The notes below the pieces were generated by a model, which was given only the letters and a program-made list of their open reading frames with translations, was not told the origin of the DNA and did no database searches. The translations under genes were made by a program, and so were the position numbers. From Bacteroidales bacterium (GTDB lineage Bacteria > Bacteroidota > Bacteroidia > Bacteroidales > UBA932): 48,173 nucleotides of DNA. Numbering within the stretch: position 1 is the stretch's first letter; each line of letters opens with the position of its first letter. Positions 11,801-19,033 of the stretch are shown one piece after another. Where the stretch lies: the NCBI GenBank assembly GCA_017651045.1, contig JAGCDT010000106.1, positions 1-48,173 of the forward strand, given 5' to 3'.

Positions 11801-13087
11801 CACGAGAGGGTTTTCGGCCCCGAGTTCAAGACCCACCACTACGACAAGAGCTGCTTCGAGGGCATCTACAACATCTCTGACGAGGAAGTCTGGTCAGTCA
11901 AGAAGCAGCTGAAAAAGAAGCTCATAGCCTTCATCAAGGAGCGTCTGCAGGACACCTCTGCATCCAACCACTATTCTCCTTCCGAGATAGTCAAGATACT
12001 CGACAACCTCCGCGACGACGTGCTCACCATCGGTTTCGCCCGCCGGTTCGCGACCTACAAGAGGGCCACTCTCCTCTTCTCCGACCTCGACAGGCTCGAT
12101 GCCATCGTCAACGACCCTGTGCGTCCGGTGCAGTTCTTCTTCGCGGGTAAGGCCCACCCGGCTGACAAGGCAGGCCAGGACCTCATCAAGCAGATCGTAG
12201 ACATCTCCAAGCAGGAGCGCTTCATCGGCAAGGTCGTCTTCATCCCCGGCTACGACATCACCCTCGCCAAGAGGATGGTTCAGGGCGTCGACGTGTGGAT
12301 GAACAACCCGACCCGTCCGCAGGAAGCTTCCGGCACTTCGGGCGAGAAGGCCGCCATGAACGGCACCATGCACTTCTCCGTCCTCGACGGATGGTGGGTC
12401 GAAGGCTACAAGGAAGGTGCCGGCTGGGCTCTTCCCGAGGAGCAGGTCTACGACGACAACTCCTACCAGAACGAGCTCGACTCGGCAACCATCTATGCCA
12501 TCCTCGAGAACGACATCGTTCCCGCCTACTACAACATCGACCGCAATTCCGGCCGTTCCGCCGAATGGATTGGCTACATCAAGAACACCATAGCCCAGGT
12601 CGCCTGCGACTTCACGACCAACAGGATGCTTACCGATTACATGAATCAGTACTACATCCCTCAGTCCGAAAGGGCGGTGTCCGTCGTCGCCGACGACTAT
12701 GCTCTTGCACGCAAGATTTCGTCGTGGAAGAAGCGCCTGCGCCGCGAGTGGGAGAACGTCAACGTGATCTCCGAGACCCAGCCTGCGACCTCTTACGACC
12801 TTTCTGAAGGCAACGAGTTCAGGGCCGAGGTCGTCCTCAATATCGGTGACCTGAAGCCGGAGGATATCGGCGTCGAGACGATCTTCGCCTATACCGACCG
12901 TCACGGCAATCTCCACATTTCCGACATCCGTGAGTACACCCCGGTCGAGTTCGCCGACGGCATCTGCAAGTATCAGATGTCCATCCTTCCTGACCGCACG
13001 GGTGCCTACCAGGTGGCCACGAGGGCGTTCGCCAAGAATCCTCTCCTTCCCCACAGGCAGGATTTCGAACTCGTCAGATGGCTGTAG
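8852..13087 (+). CDS. glgP: Fused GT3 glycogen synthase (N-terminal ~555 aa) and GT35 alpha-glucan phosphorylase (C-terminal ~850 aa)
   Basis: N-terminal WEVCNKVGGIYTV and FPSYYEPWGYTPLE (GT3). C-terminal YSGGLGILAGD, HCNEGH, FARRFATYKRA and EASGTSGEKAAMNG (PLP-binding lysine motif). Confidence 0.93.
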   Translation: MTEYNEKLDYLFEVSWEVCNKVGGIYTVIATKSLHLKSGLGRHHILIGPDVWMHSASNPDFLEDPLLYRSWKMEAAKEGLRLRIGRWNVPGKPTAILVDFKQFLTSQNEILTRFWKLYGVDSISGNWDYKEAALFGYAAGKVIESFHKHNLDASEKAVAQFHEWQTGAGLLYLKASGVPVATVFTTHATVVGRCLAGNNLPLYGGMDSYDGDEMAARFNVVARHSLEKKSAQNADVFTTVSDITARECARFLGREVDIVTPNGFENSFTPASDEDYDKKHSLARKRLVEVASAMCGGEVASDSIFLGIGGRYEYHNKGIDVFLDALARLKEGGYTGRSIHAFIMIPSGHNGPDRELASRLSGAGDPSYRTQVSHYLQNPDYDAVTGRMRDLGLDNRPGSLINVYFIPSYLNGDDGIFNLKYYDILCGLDLALFPSYYEPWGYTPLEALAFRIPTLTTTLAGFGLWVRDRYKGDHPGITVLERNEDNYAEVVTGVAERIKEIAALDSDKRKIYRANALDVASIALWDNQIVYYVRAYSLALSRISLLLKSYTKENNATMQYTKPDVNTASWKSVIVTRHLPPKLSRLEKLSRNLWWCWNESAKDLFRYIDPKVWHASCHNPLVVLDTVSLKRFHALSEDEVFLGKMKAVLDEFDEYMAAKAQRTEPSVAYFCMEYGLDTSLKIYSGGLGILAGDYLKETSDMNVNLVAVGFLYRYGYFTQVLSGQGYQVAKYDAQDFTKIPATPVIDADGNWLTVAVPFPGRNITARIWKVEVGRTDLYLLDADYEANSAEDREVTYHLYGGSWENRLKQELLLGIGGIRTLRALGLNPTVYHCNEGHAAFIGIERLREYIEHDNLDFPEALEVVRASSLFTTHTPVPAGHDAFDEGLLRKYIGHIPQRLKIDWETLMSLGKDNPQDIGEKFSMSNLAANISQNVNGVSMLHGKVSRDIFAHMYPGYLPEELYVSYVTNGVHYPTWAAPEWKPVHERVFGPEFKTHHYDKSCFEGIYNISDEEVWSVKKQLKKKLIAFIKERLQDTSASNHYSPSEIVKILDNLRDDVLTIGFARRFATYKRATLLFSDLDRLDAIVNDPVRPVQFFFAGKAHPADKAGQDLIKQIVDISKQERFIGKVVFIPGYDITLAKRMVQGVDVWMNNPTRPQEASGTSGEKAAMNGTMHFSVLDGWWVEGYKEGAGWALPEEQVYDDNSYQNELDSATIYAILENDIVPAYYNIDRNSGRSAEWIGYIKNTIAQVACDFTTNRMLTDYMNQYYIPQSERAVSVVADDYALARKISSWKKRLRREWENVNVISETQPATSYDLSEGNEFRAEVVLNIGDLKPEDIGVETIFAYTDRHGNLHISDIREYTPVEFADGICKYQMSILPDRTGAYQVATRAFAKNPLLPHRQDFELVRWL

Positions 13088-13965
13088 TCACCACAGGATT
13101 CTTCGACGGCGTCCACCTCGGACACCGGAAGGTAATCGAGACACTGGTCTCCTCTGCCCGTGAAAGGGGAGAGGAGGCCGTAATCGTTACGTTCCGGCCT
13201 CATCCCAGGACGGTCTTCCAGCAGGATGCCCGCGGGCTCCGGCTGCTGACCTCCCAGGAAGAGAAGGAGGCCCTCCTCCGCTCGATGGGCGTCGACAGAG
13301 TCGAAGTGGTGCATTTCACTAAAGAATTCGGCGCCCTCACGGCCAGGGAGTATCTTGGCGATTACGTGAAAGGCCGCTATGGAGCCAGCGCCATCGTTGT
13401 CGGCTATGACAACCGATTCGGCTCCGACGGCGTCTCCGGGACAGCCCTGTTTTCCCTCGCCGACCGCCTTGGCCTCAAGGTCATCATGGTGCCCTGCATC
13501 TCCAGCGACGGCGAAGAATATATTTCCTCCACGAAAATACGCACCGCCATCTCCGAAGGCCGTGTGGATGAAGCCGCAGCCATGCTTGGCCGCAGGTATT
13601 CGCTCCATGGCGTTGTCGTAGAAGGCAACCGCCTCGGCCGCACTATCGGCTTCCCTACCGCCAACATGCAGCTCTACGAGCCTCTCAAGCTCATCCCCGA
13701 GAGGGGAGTCTACGAGGTAGAGGTAGAGACGCTCGGCCGTCGATTCGTCGGAATGACCAACATCGGCGTCCGCCCGACCGTATCCCTCGGTGCCGCCCTT
13801 ACGATAGAGACCAATATCTTCTCCTTTGACGAAGAAATTTACGGCCGCGACATCACCGTCCATTTCGTCCGCAAAGTCCGCGACGAACTCCGCTTCCCAT
13901 CCCTCGAAGCCCTCGCCGCCCAGCTCTCCGCCGACCGCTCCGCAATCCTCTCCGGCCGAGTATAA
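13078..13965 (+). CDS. ribF: Bifunctional riboflavin kinase/FAD synthetase
   Basis: GFFDGVHLGH, ISSTKIR, GRTIGFPTAN, NIGVRPT. Confidence 0.96.
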   Translation: MAVVTTGFFDGVHLGHRKVIETLVSSARERGEEAVIVTFRPHPRTVFQQDARGLRLLTSQEEKEALLRSMGVDRVEVVHFTKEFGALTAREYLGDYVKGRYGASAIVVGYDNRFGSDGVSGTALFSLADRLGLKVIMVPCISSDGEEYISSTKIRTAISEGRVDEAAAMLGRRYSLHGVVVEGNRLGRTIGFPTANMQLYEPLKLIPERGVYEVEVETLGRRFVGMTNIGVRPTVSLGAALTIETNIFSFDEEIYGRDITVHFVRKVRDELRFPSLEALAAQLSADRSAILSGRV

Positions 13966-14007
13966 GTGCACAAGGTCTCATTTTATTGCGGGTACCTTGT
14001 GCGCTTA
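13963..14007 (+). terminator. Stem-loop after ribF, probable end of the operon
   Basis: taagtgcacaaggt (13963-13976) pairs with accttgtgcgctta (13994-14007) with one G-U pair; the U-tract is weak. Confidence 0.5.
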
Positions 14008-14039
14008 ATTGGCCCCTGACTTACCATCTGCCCCCTTTT

Positions 14040-14067
14040 GTCATTCCGAGCGTTAGCGAAGGAATCT
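14040..14067 (+). repeat. REP-like palindrome (GTCAT...AATCT type)
   Basis: gtcattccgagcgttagcgaaggaatct has the same end motifs as the two reverse-oriented copies at 19595-19668. Confidence 0.7.
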
Positions 14068-14145
14068 ATATAAGAGTAACCCTCCACGGCTATTTTATTG
14101 CAATTTGTATGAGAATGACGGTGCTTCATTGCATATCCACAGATA

Positions 14146-14165
14146 GGGAGAGCCGAAGCTCTCCC
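14146..14165 (-). terminator. UUCG-capped hairpin downstream of the small minus-strand ORF
   Basis: The minus strand reads gggagagc-ttcg-gctctccc, an 8-bp perfect stem 30 nt past the stop at 14196. Confidence 0.55.
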
Positions 14166-14195
14166 CGGGCCGCAGGGAACGGAAGAAAATAACCT

Positions 14196-14375
14196 TTATA
14201 TGGTGCTAATCCGGACAGATACAACTTTCGCCTCCCAAGGGCGTCTGTTGTACGAACGGACTTTCGCCGCCTTGCCGTTTTGAATCCTGGTGTAGGATTT
14301 TACTCGGACAAGACCGGGAATACTGACTTCAACTTGAAGTTTCGTGCCGACATGGGAACAGTCGTTTCTTTTCAT
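14196..14375 (-). CDS. Small basic hypothetical protein, 59 aa (below the ORF-track cutoff)
   Basis: Hand translation: MKRNDCSHVGTKLQVEVSIPGLVRVKSYTRIQNGKAAKVRSYNRRPWEAKVVSVRISTI*. It has an upstream consensus promoter, a downstream hairpin and an internal VKSYTR/VRSYNR repeat. Confidence 0.6.
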   Translation of the reverse strand: MKRNDCSHVGTKLQVEVSIPGLVRVKSYTRIQNGKAAKVRSYNRRPWEAKVVSVRISTI

Positions 14376-14449
14376 GGGGAATTAATTTGAGCTTGTGAAA
14401 CGCTTTCCGGCGGGTTGCAAACTACATCCCACGGCCCAAAGTTCTGAGA

Positions 14450-14485
14450 TAAAAATAAGGCATCTCTCTTGGGACGAGATGCCTT
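14450..14485 (-). terminator. Intrinsic terminator-like hairpin in the leader of the small ORF
   Basis: aaggcatctc (14457-14466) / gagatgcctt (14476-14485); on the minus strand it is followed by a T-rich tract (attttt). Confidence 0.6.
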
Positions 14486-14522
14486 TGTCTTGCTCAAATT
14501 TTATCATTTCCCGATGACATAA

Positions 14523-14553
14523 CAAAGGTAGTAATCAATTTTAATTCTGCAAA
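14523..14553 (-). promoter_or_regulatory. Bacteroidetes housekeeping-sigma promoter (-33/-7)
   Basis: Minus strand TTTG (14550-14553), 19-nt spacer, TACCTTTG (14523-14530). Confidence 0.7.
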
Positions 14554-14574
14554 TATGATTGAAAGAAAAATCAT

Positions 14575-14582
14575 TATATTTG
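14575..14582 (+). promoter_or_regulatory. -7 promoter element for the islet surface-protein operon
   Basis: TATATTTG matches TAnnTTTG; no clear -33 element. Confidence 0.55.
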
Positions 14583-14586
14583 CAAC

Positions 14587-14815
14587 GCTACCCGGAGAGA
14601 AAGCCCGGATAGTAAAAGGCATTCATTGCTCTTTCCAGCTGTACGAATTCTGGTAAAATTTAAAGTGAAGGAAAGGACTATGAATCTGCCTTGGCTTGGT
14701 ATGTATTGGCCTTGTGCTTCTACATATAGGCTAGGTGATTCTATTGTTCGCTCTTTCATGACGGTTTACCAGAGCCGGTACAGCTAGGGAGAATGATAGT
14801 TCCCTAGCTTTTTTT
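14587..14815 (+). ncRNA. Putative structured leader or small RNA: long imperfect hairpin plus intrinsic terminator
   Basis: Nested complementary segments across 14637-14785, then terminator agctaggga/tccctagct and a T-tract (14782-14815). Confidence 0.5.
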
Positions 14816-14868
14816 ATATATACCCATCCGCGTCCGGGGAGCTGGCGGAGCAACAAAATCTTTTTCAA

Positions 14869-15315
14869 ATGAAAAAAATAGTTCCTGTTCTTGTCGCCCT
14901 TGTTTTTGCTCTTGTTTCGTGCGGCACGGCTAAACAAGCCAAATTGATGAACTCTGCCTCCTATTCTGCGGGCCAGGCGTCATTTATCGTTACGCCTCTT
15001 TGTGCTGACTTGAAAGTCGATGGCAAGAAAGTTTCCTATTTTATGCCGGTAAGCTCAAATATCGCGGCGGGAGGTCTTCAAAATGTAATTAATACGGCCG
15101 TAAAAGAAGTTCTTGAGCAGAGTGGTCATGCTGATGCTCTCGTAGGCTTACAGACACAGGTGAAATACAACGAAGACGGAGCGATTGAGTCAATAGCAAT
15201 AACAGGCTATCCCGCCAAGTATGTCAATTTCAGGAATGCTCCTGAAGGGACAGTTGTTCCTGTCACCGTGCCGGAAGAAACCTCATCAGGCTTTTCACTC
15301 TTTAAGAAAAAGTAG
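14869..15315 (+). CDS. Small lipoprotein of unknown function
   Basis: Signal peptidase II-type signal MKKIVPVLVALVFALVS-C; first gene of a tightly spaced three-gene unit. Confidence 0.8.
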   Translation: MKKIVPVLVALVFALVSCGTAKQAKLMNSASYSAGQASFIVTPLCADLKVDGKKVSYFMPVSSNIAAGGLQNVINTAVKEVLEQSGHADALVGLQTQVKYNEDGAIESIAITGYPAKYVNFRNAPEGTVVPVTVPEETSSGFSLFKKK

Positions 15316-15323
15316 TCCATCCA

Positions 15324-16343
15324 ATGAGGCGTGCTTCAATTATCGTAGGGATTCTGCTGTTGGCGATTCCCTCAATACTTTGTGCTCAAAGTCAGCGGAC
15401 TGTCAAGGGTTATGTCTATGACTCGAATGGACGCCCTCTTCCAGGAGCAATAGTTTCTCCCGTTGGTAGCAATATTGAATATCAGTTATATGAATCTGAT
15501 GGATCCTTTTCGATCTCAGTCAGTTATACAAATAGTCAATTGACTGCTTCCTGCAAAGGATATGTTCCCGTAACCAAAGTAATTGACGGATCATATCTGC
15601 TGTTTTATCTGCAGGTTGACGTAGAAGCTGAGAAGGCCCGCCTTGCAGCTGAGGAAAGAGCTCGTAAAGAGGAGGAAGCACGCATCAAAGCGGAGGAAGA
15701 TGCAAAAATCAGGGAAGAGCAGGAGAGATTGGCAGCAGAGGCCAAGGCGAAAAGGGACGCCGAAAAGTCGATGAAGAAGGCGCTTCGACAGGAGAGGGAT
15801 TCAACCTATAGTGTGAAATACAAGAATCGTGGATTGGCTCATTCCATAAGAGTGTCGTACGCATATCAGTTGGCAGAATGCAAGACGGCTTATGTCTATT
15901 CCGGTTTTAGGGAGTATGGATCACTTCATCCCTTGCAACTTGATTACGCCTTATCCTACAAGGTCAACCGCTTTTTCTCGGCGGGCGTAGGCGTAGGGCT
16001 AATGTTAAATTCTCGTAGCATCTCAATTGTGGGGGATGAATTCGTCTGTTCCGGTTTCAAGGAACATCGTTTGGATATACCTGTGTTTGCGGTACTCTCT
16101 GCCTATTTCGGCAGGTGGACAGTCCGGCCTGCGCTCTCCGTCTTCGGCGGGTATTACCCACTTAGCCGTGTTGCTCTGATTGAGGGAATGCTTGGAGTGG
16201 AATATCGCCTGGGAAGAAAACTATCTCTTGAAGCCGGTGCCTTTGTCAAGACATGTCCGTATCCATATTTTGATATGGAAAGCAGAACCGGAGGATATAC
16301 AATGGCAATATCCCCTGGAGCGGCCATCAGGTTCAATTTCTAA
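15324..16343 (+). CDS. Predicted outer-membrane protein: carboxypeptidase-regulatory-like domain, charged helical linker and C-terminal beta-barrel
   Basis: Signal peptide, VKGYVYDSNGRPLPGAIV...DGSFSI, E/K/A/R-rich linker, amphipathic strands ending in IRFNF. Confidence 0.75.
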   Translation: MRRASIIVGILLLAIPSILCAQSQRTVKGYVYDSNGRPLPGAIVSPVGSNIEYQLYESDGSFSISVSYTNSQLTASCKGYVPVTKVIDGSYLLFYLQVDVEAEKARLAAEERARKEEEARIKAEEDAKIREEQERLAAEAKAKRDAEKSMKKALRQERDSTYSVKYKNRGLAHSIRVSYAYQLAECKTAYVYSGFREYGSLHPLQLDYALSYKVNRFFSAGVGVGLMLNSRSISIVGDEFVCSGFKEHRLDIPVFAVLSAYFGRWTVRPALSVFGGYYPLSRVALIEGMLGVEYRLGRKLSLEAGAFVKTCPYPYFDMESRTGGYTMAISPGAAIRFNF

Positions 16344-16357
16344 AAAAAGGGGGAAAG

Positions 16358-18433
16358 ATGAAAAAGATTGTAAAAGCATTATCTGTGTTGATATTGATCC
16401 TATCTTCCTGTACCAGGGAAGTTGTCGAACCTTCCCAGCAGATTACCGGTCGCTATGCGCTTGATGACGGGACTGGACTTACTAGTCTGTTTCTTGAATT
16501 TGATGGTGGTGCCCTTTCTGGATATCAGAGCACCACTTTATTCCCCATCGCGGAAAACCGGATATGGAACTGTAAGGAAGATGATTATGATTTGTATTGG
16601 CGTGTGGAATATAGTATTCAGGAAGGGAATCTGTTTAGCGATTTCTATAGTGGACCTATTAAGAAAGATGGAGACTCTATAACAATGGGGTCATCCCGCC
16701 ACTATATTCGCCTTGACGGCTTCCGGGATGAGCCGTATTCATTAATCAGCCCCGAAAAGATTGAATATGAGATTCCACTTCAAGAGGGCGAGTATTCATT
16801 CCCCGTTACGATTGAAAATCCAATTCCGGCGGGTGAACTGACGGCCTTTTCTTCCGATAATTGGATAACAGGACTGACGGTTAAAGATGACATCGTGCTA
16901 TACCGTGTTTCCACTACAAACACACCAAGGGAGGGAAGAATTATTCTTGAGTACACACAGGCGTCAGATGTTCAAGTTACTGTTAAACAGTCGCCCTCTA
17001 CATTCATCCGACTTGAGGAAACCTCAAGAACAATAGGCTATGCTGCTACCACGGTTATTATTCCATATTCTATAGACAACCCTATTGACGGTTCAGAACT
17101 AACGGTATCCTCCACGGCCGAATGGTGTCAAAATTTTGTCATCCAAAGTGACAATCTCATTGTAAGTATTCCTGATAACAATAGCGGATCCAGTCGCACT
17201 GCACGTCTAACCTTTTCATACGCTGGGGCTCAGGATGTGGGCCTTTATTTAACGCAGGAGTGGTCTGCATCTATCATAAGCATGACCCCTTCTTCGGCGC
17301 AATTCGAATATGCTGCAGGCACAGGCTCTTTCACATTCGAGATACAGAACCCTCGTGAAGGCGTAACCGTTTCGGCTACAAGCCTAGTTGGCTGGATAAC
17401 TGATGTTTCGGTTACAGATAATACCGTTTCCTATAAGGTGTCCGAGAATAATTCCGGCTCTAAAAGAACAGGAAATATTCGCATTTCTTATGGCAGTTAT
17501 GCAACGGTCAACTACACTGTCGTTCAAAAATATACCGCTGCAAGTATTGTCTTTACTCCTTCATCGGTGGATTTTGATTACAATGGTGGCACGGGCTCTT
17601 TCTCCTTCGAAATTCTGAATCCTCGCGAGAGTATATCTTGTACGGCAACAAGCCAAGTGGACTGGATAACTGATGTATTGGTTGGTGAAAGTACGGTGTC
17701 ATTTAAGATTACTGAAAATAATTCTTGGGCAAAAAGGACTGAGAGCATTGAAATAAAATATGGTGACCTCCCCTCGAATGTTTTCAATATTACACAAAAT
17801 GGTAATCCTGAACTTATCCCAGATGGTACTGTGGATTTGGGACTTTCCGTATTATGGGCGTCCTGTAACCTCGGTGAGATCGGTTTAGTGAGTTCGCCCG
17901 AGGAGTACGGGGCGTACTACGCATGGGGCGAGACGGAGACAAAGGATAATTACTCATGGTCGACCTATAAGTTCGGCAATAGTTCATCTGGACCGTTCTC
18001 AAAGTACAATACAAAAAGTTTGTACGGTACCGTAGACAATAAAACAGTTCTAGAAACAGGTCCGAACGGCGACGATGTTGCCTCAAAGAAACTCGGCGGC
18101 AAGTGGCGTATGCCGACATACGAAGAGTGGACAGCATTACGCACAAATTGCACGTGGACTTGGACAAGTAATTATAACAACACGGGCATAGCGGGAAGAA
18201 TCGTAAAGAGTAACGTTTCTGGTCACACAGATAAAAGTATCTTCCTTCCCGCCGCTGGCTACAGGAACGTCACCGGTCTCTACAATGCCGGCTCCCGCGG
18301 CTACTACTGGTCCTCTTCCCTCTATACGGTCAGCCCGTACTACGCGTGGGACGTGTATTTCAATTCCGACAATGTCGGCGGGTACAACAACTACCGCTAC
18401 AACGGTCTATCTGTCCGTCCCGTCTCAGAATAA
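16358..18433 (+). CDS. Lipoprotein with about four BACON-like repeats and a C-terminal C-type-lectin-fold domain (Fib_succ_major/DUF1566-like); candidate DGR target
   Basis: Lipobox LSSC; repeated W(I/C)...ENNSGSKRTG-like units; C-terminal VDLGLSVLWASCNLG, GAYYAWGET, WRMPT, SIFLPAAG, GYYWSSS, GLSVRPVSE. Confidence 0.85.
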   Translation: MKKIVKALSVLILILSSCTREVVEPSQQITGRYALDDGTGLTSLFLEFDGGALSGYQSTTLFPIAENRIWNCKEDDYDLYWRVEYSIQEGNLFSDFYSGPIKKDGDSITMGSSRHYIRLDGFRDEPYSLISPEKIEYEIPLQEGEYSFPVTIENPIPAGELTAFSSDNWITGLTVKDDIVLYRVSTTNTPREGRIILEYTQASDVQVTVKQSPSTFIRLEETSRTIGYAATTVIIPYSIDNPIDGSELTVSSTAEWCQNFVIQSDNLIVSIPDNNSGSSRTARLTFSYAGAQDVGLYLTQEWSASIISMTPSSAQFEYAAGTGSFTFEIQNPREGVTVSATSLVGWITDVSVTDNTVSYKVSENNSGSKRTGNIRISYGSYATVNYTVVQKYTAASIVFTPSSVDFDYNGGTGSFSFEILNPRESISCTATSQVDWITDVLVGESTVSFKITENNSWAKRTESIEIKYGDLPSNVFNITQNGNPELIPDGTVDLGLSVLWASCNLGEIGLVSSPEEYGAYYAWGETETKDNYSWSTYKFGNSSSGPFSKYNTKSLYGTVDNKTVLETGPNGDDVASKKLGGKWRMPTYEEWTALRTNCTWTWTSNYNNTGIAGRIVKSNVSGHTDKSIFLPAAGYRNVTGLYNAGSRGYYWSSSLYTVSPYYAWDVYFNSDNVGGYNNYRYNGLSVRPVSE
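17270..17800 (+). repeat. Internal tandem duplication of a ~90-aa BACON-like domain
   Basis: ggcacaggctctttcacattcgagatacagaaccctcgtga (17318) versus ggcacgggctctttctccttcgaaattctgaatcctcgcga (17588), a 270-nt offset. Confidence 0.8.
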
Positions 18434-18461
18434 AGTCGGGCCAGGCGAAAGCCAACCCGAC
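18242..18461 (+). other. Putative DGR variable region with IMH-like 3' end and downstream hairpin
   Basis: GC rises to 57% (18241-18430), 52 of 63 codons end in C/T, Tyr/Asn-rich with no Lys, Gln or Met; hairpin gtcggg-cca-ggc-gaaa-gcc-aa-cccgac at 18435-18461. Confidence 0.75.
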
Positions 18462-18582
18462 AGCGGTTTGCTTAATGCGGCTCGCATCAAATTTTAAGTC
18501 TACTGGCCGAAGCCCATAGCTTTAGTAGGACTATTAAATAACAAATAAAAATTATCATTAACTAATTTAAAATCAAAACATT

Positions 18583-19029
18583 ATGAGGGTGAAACATTAT
18601 TGGGGTTACAGGATTAACACAGAGGTGACAGAATTTTTCAGAAAAGAGCTAGATGAAGGTAGATTACGCCAGGGATGGGGGACGGACGAAAGACAGAATT
18701 TAAGAAATGAAATAGTTGAGGGGGATGTTCGACGAAACCTAAGAATGCTGCATGAGGTGAAAGAGGGGGATATCCTTCTTATTCCAAGGCTGCCAGAATG
18801 GGAAAAAATCTCTATTGTAGAGGCTGTCAAGGATTGGGATACTGGCTATCAATTCAAGATCTCGGAGAAGGGAGATTACGGCCATATCTTCCCGGCAAAG
18901 TTGTTAATGGTTTGCGACAGGAATAGCGAAGTTATTTCAAAACGGATTCTTTCATCCATGCGTGCTCATTGCCGGTTTTGGAATATGGATTACCTGCAGG
19001 ATGAAATAGAGAAAATTATAAATATGTAA
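18583..19029 (+). CDS. Hypothetical protein resembling the N-terminal EVE/PUA-like domain of Mrr-type restriction proteins
   Basis: YWGYRI...GRLRQGWG...VKEGDILLIPRLP...DYGH pattern; no PD-(D/E)XK nuclease domain follows. Confidence 0.5.
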   Translation: MRVKHYWGYRINTEVTEFFRKELDEGRLRQGWGTDERQNLRNEIVEGDVRRNLRMLHEVKEGDILLIPRLPEWEKISIVEAVKDWDTGYQFKISEKGDYGHIFPAKLLMVCDRNSEVISKRILSSMRAHCRFWNMDYLQDEIEKIINM

Positions 19030-19033
19030 AGAT

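Noticed and set aside
13970-14868. Possible DGR template repeat or RT remnant in the non-coding part of the islet
   Set aside because: On either strand I saw no AAC-rich copy of the 18242-18433 region and no RT (YxDD) reading frame, here or elsewhere in the window
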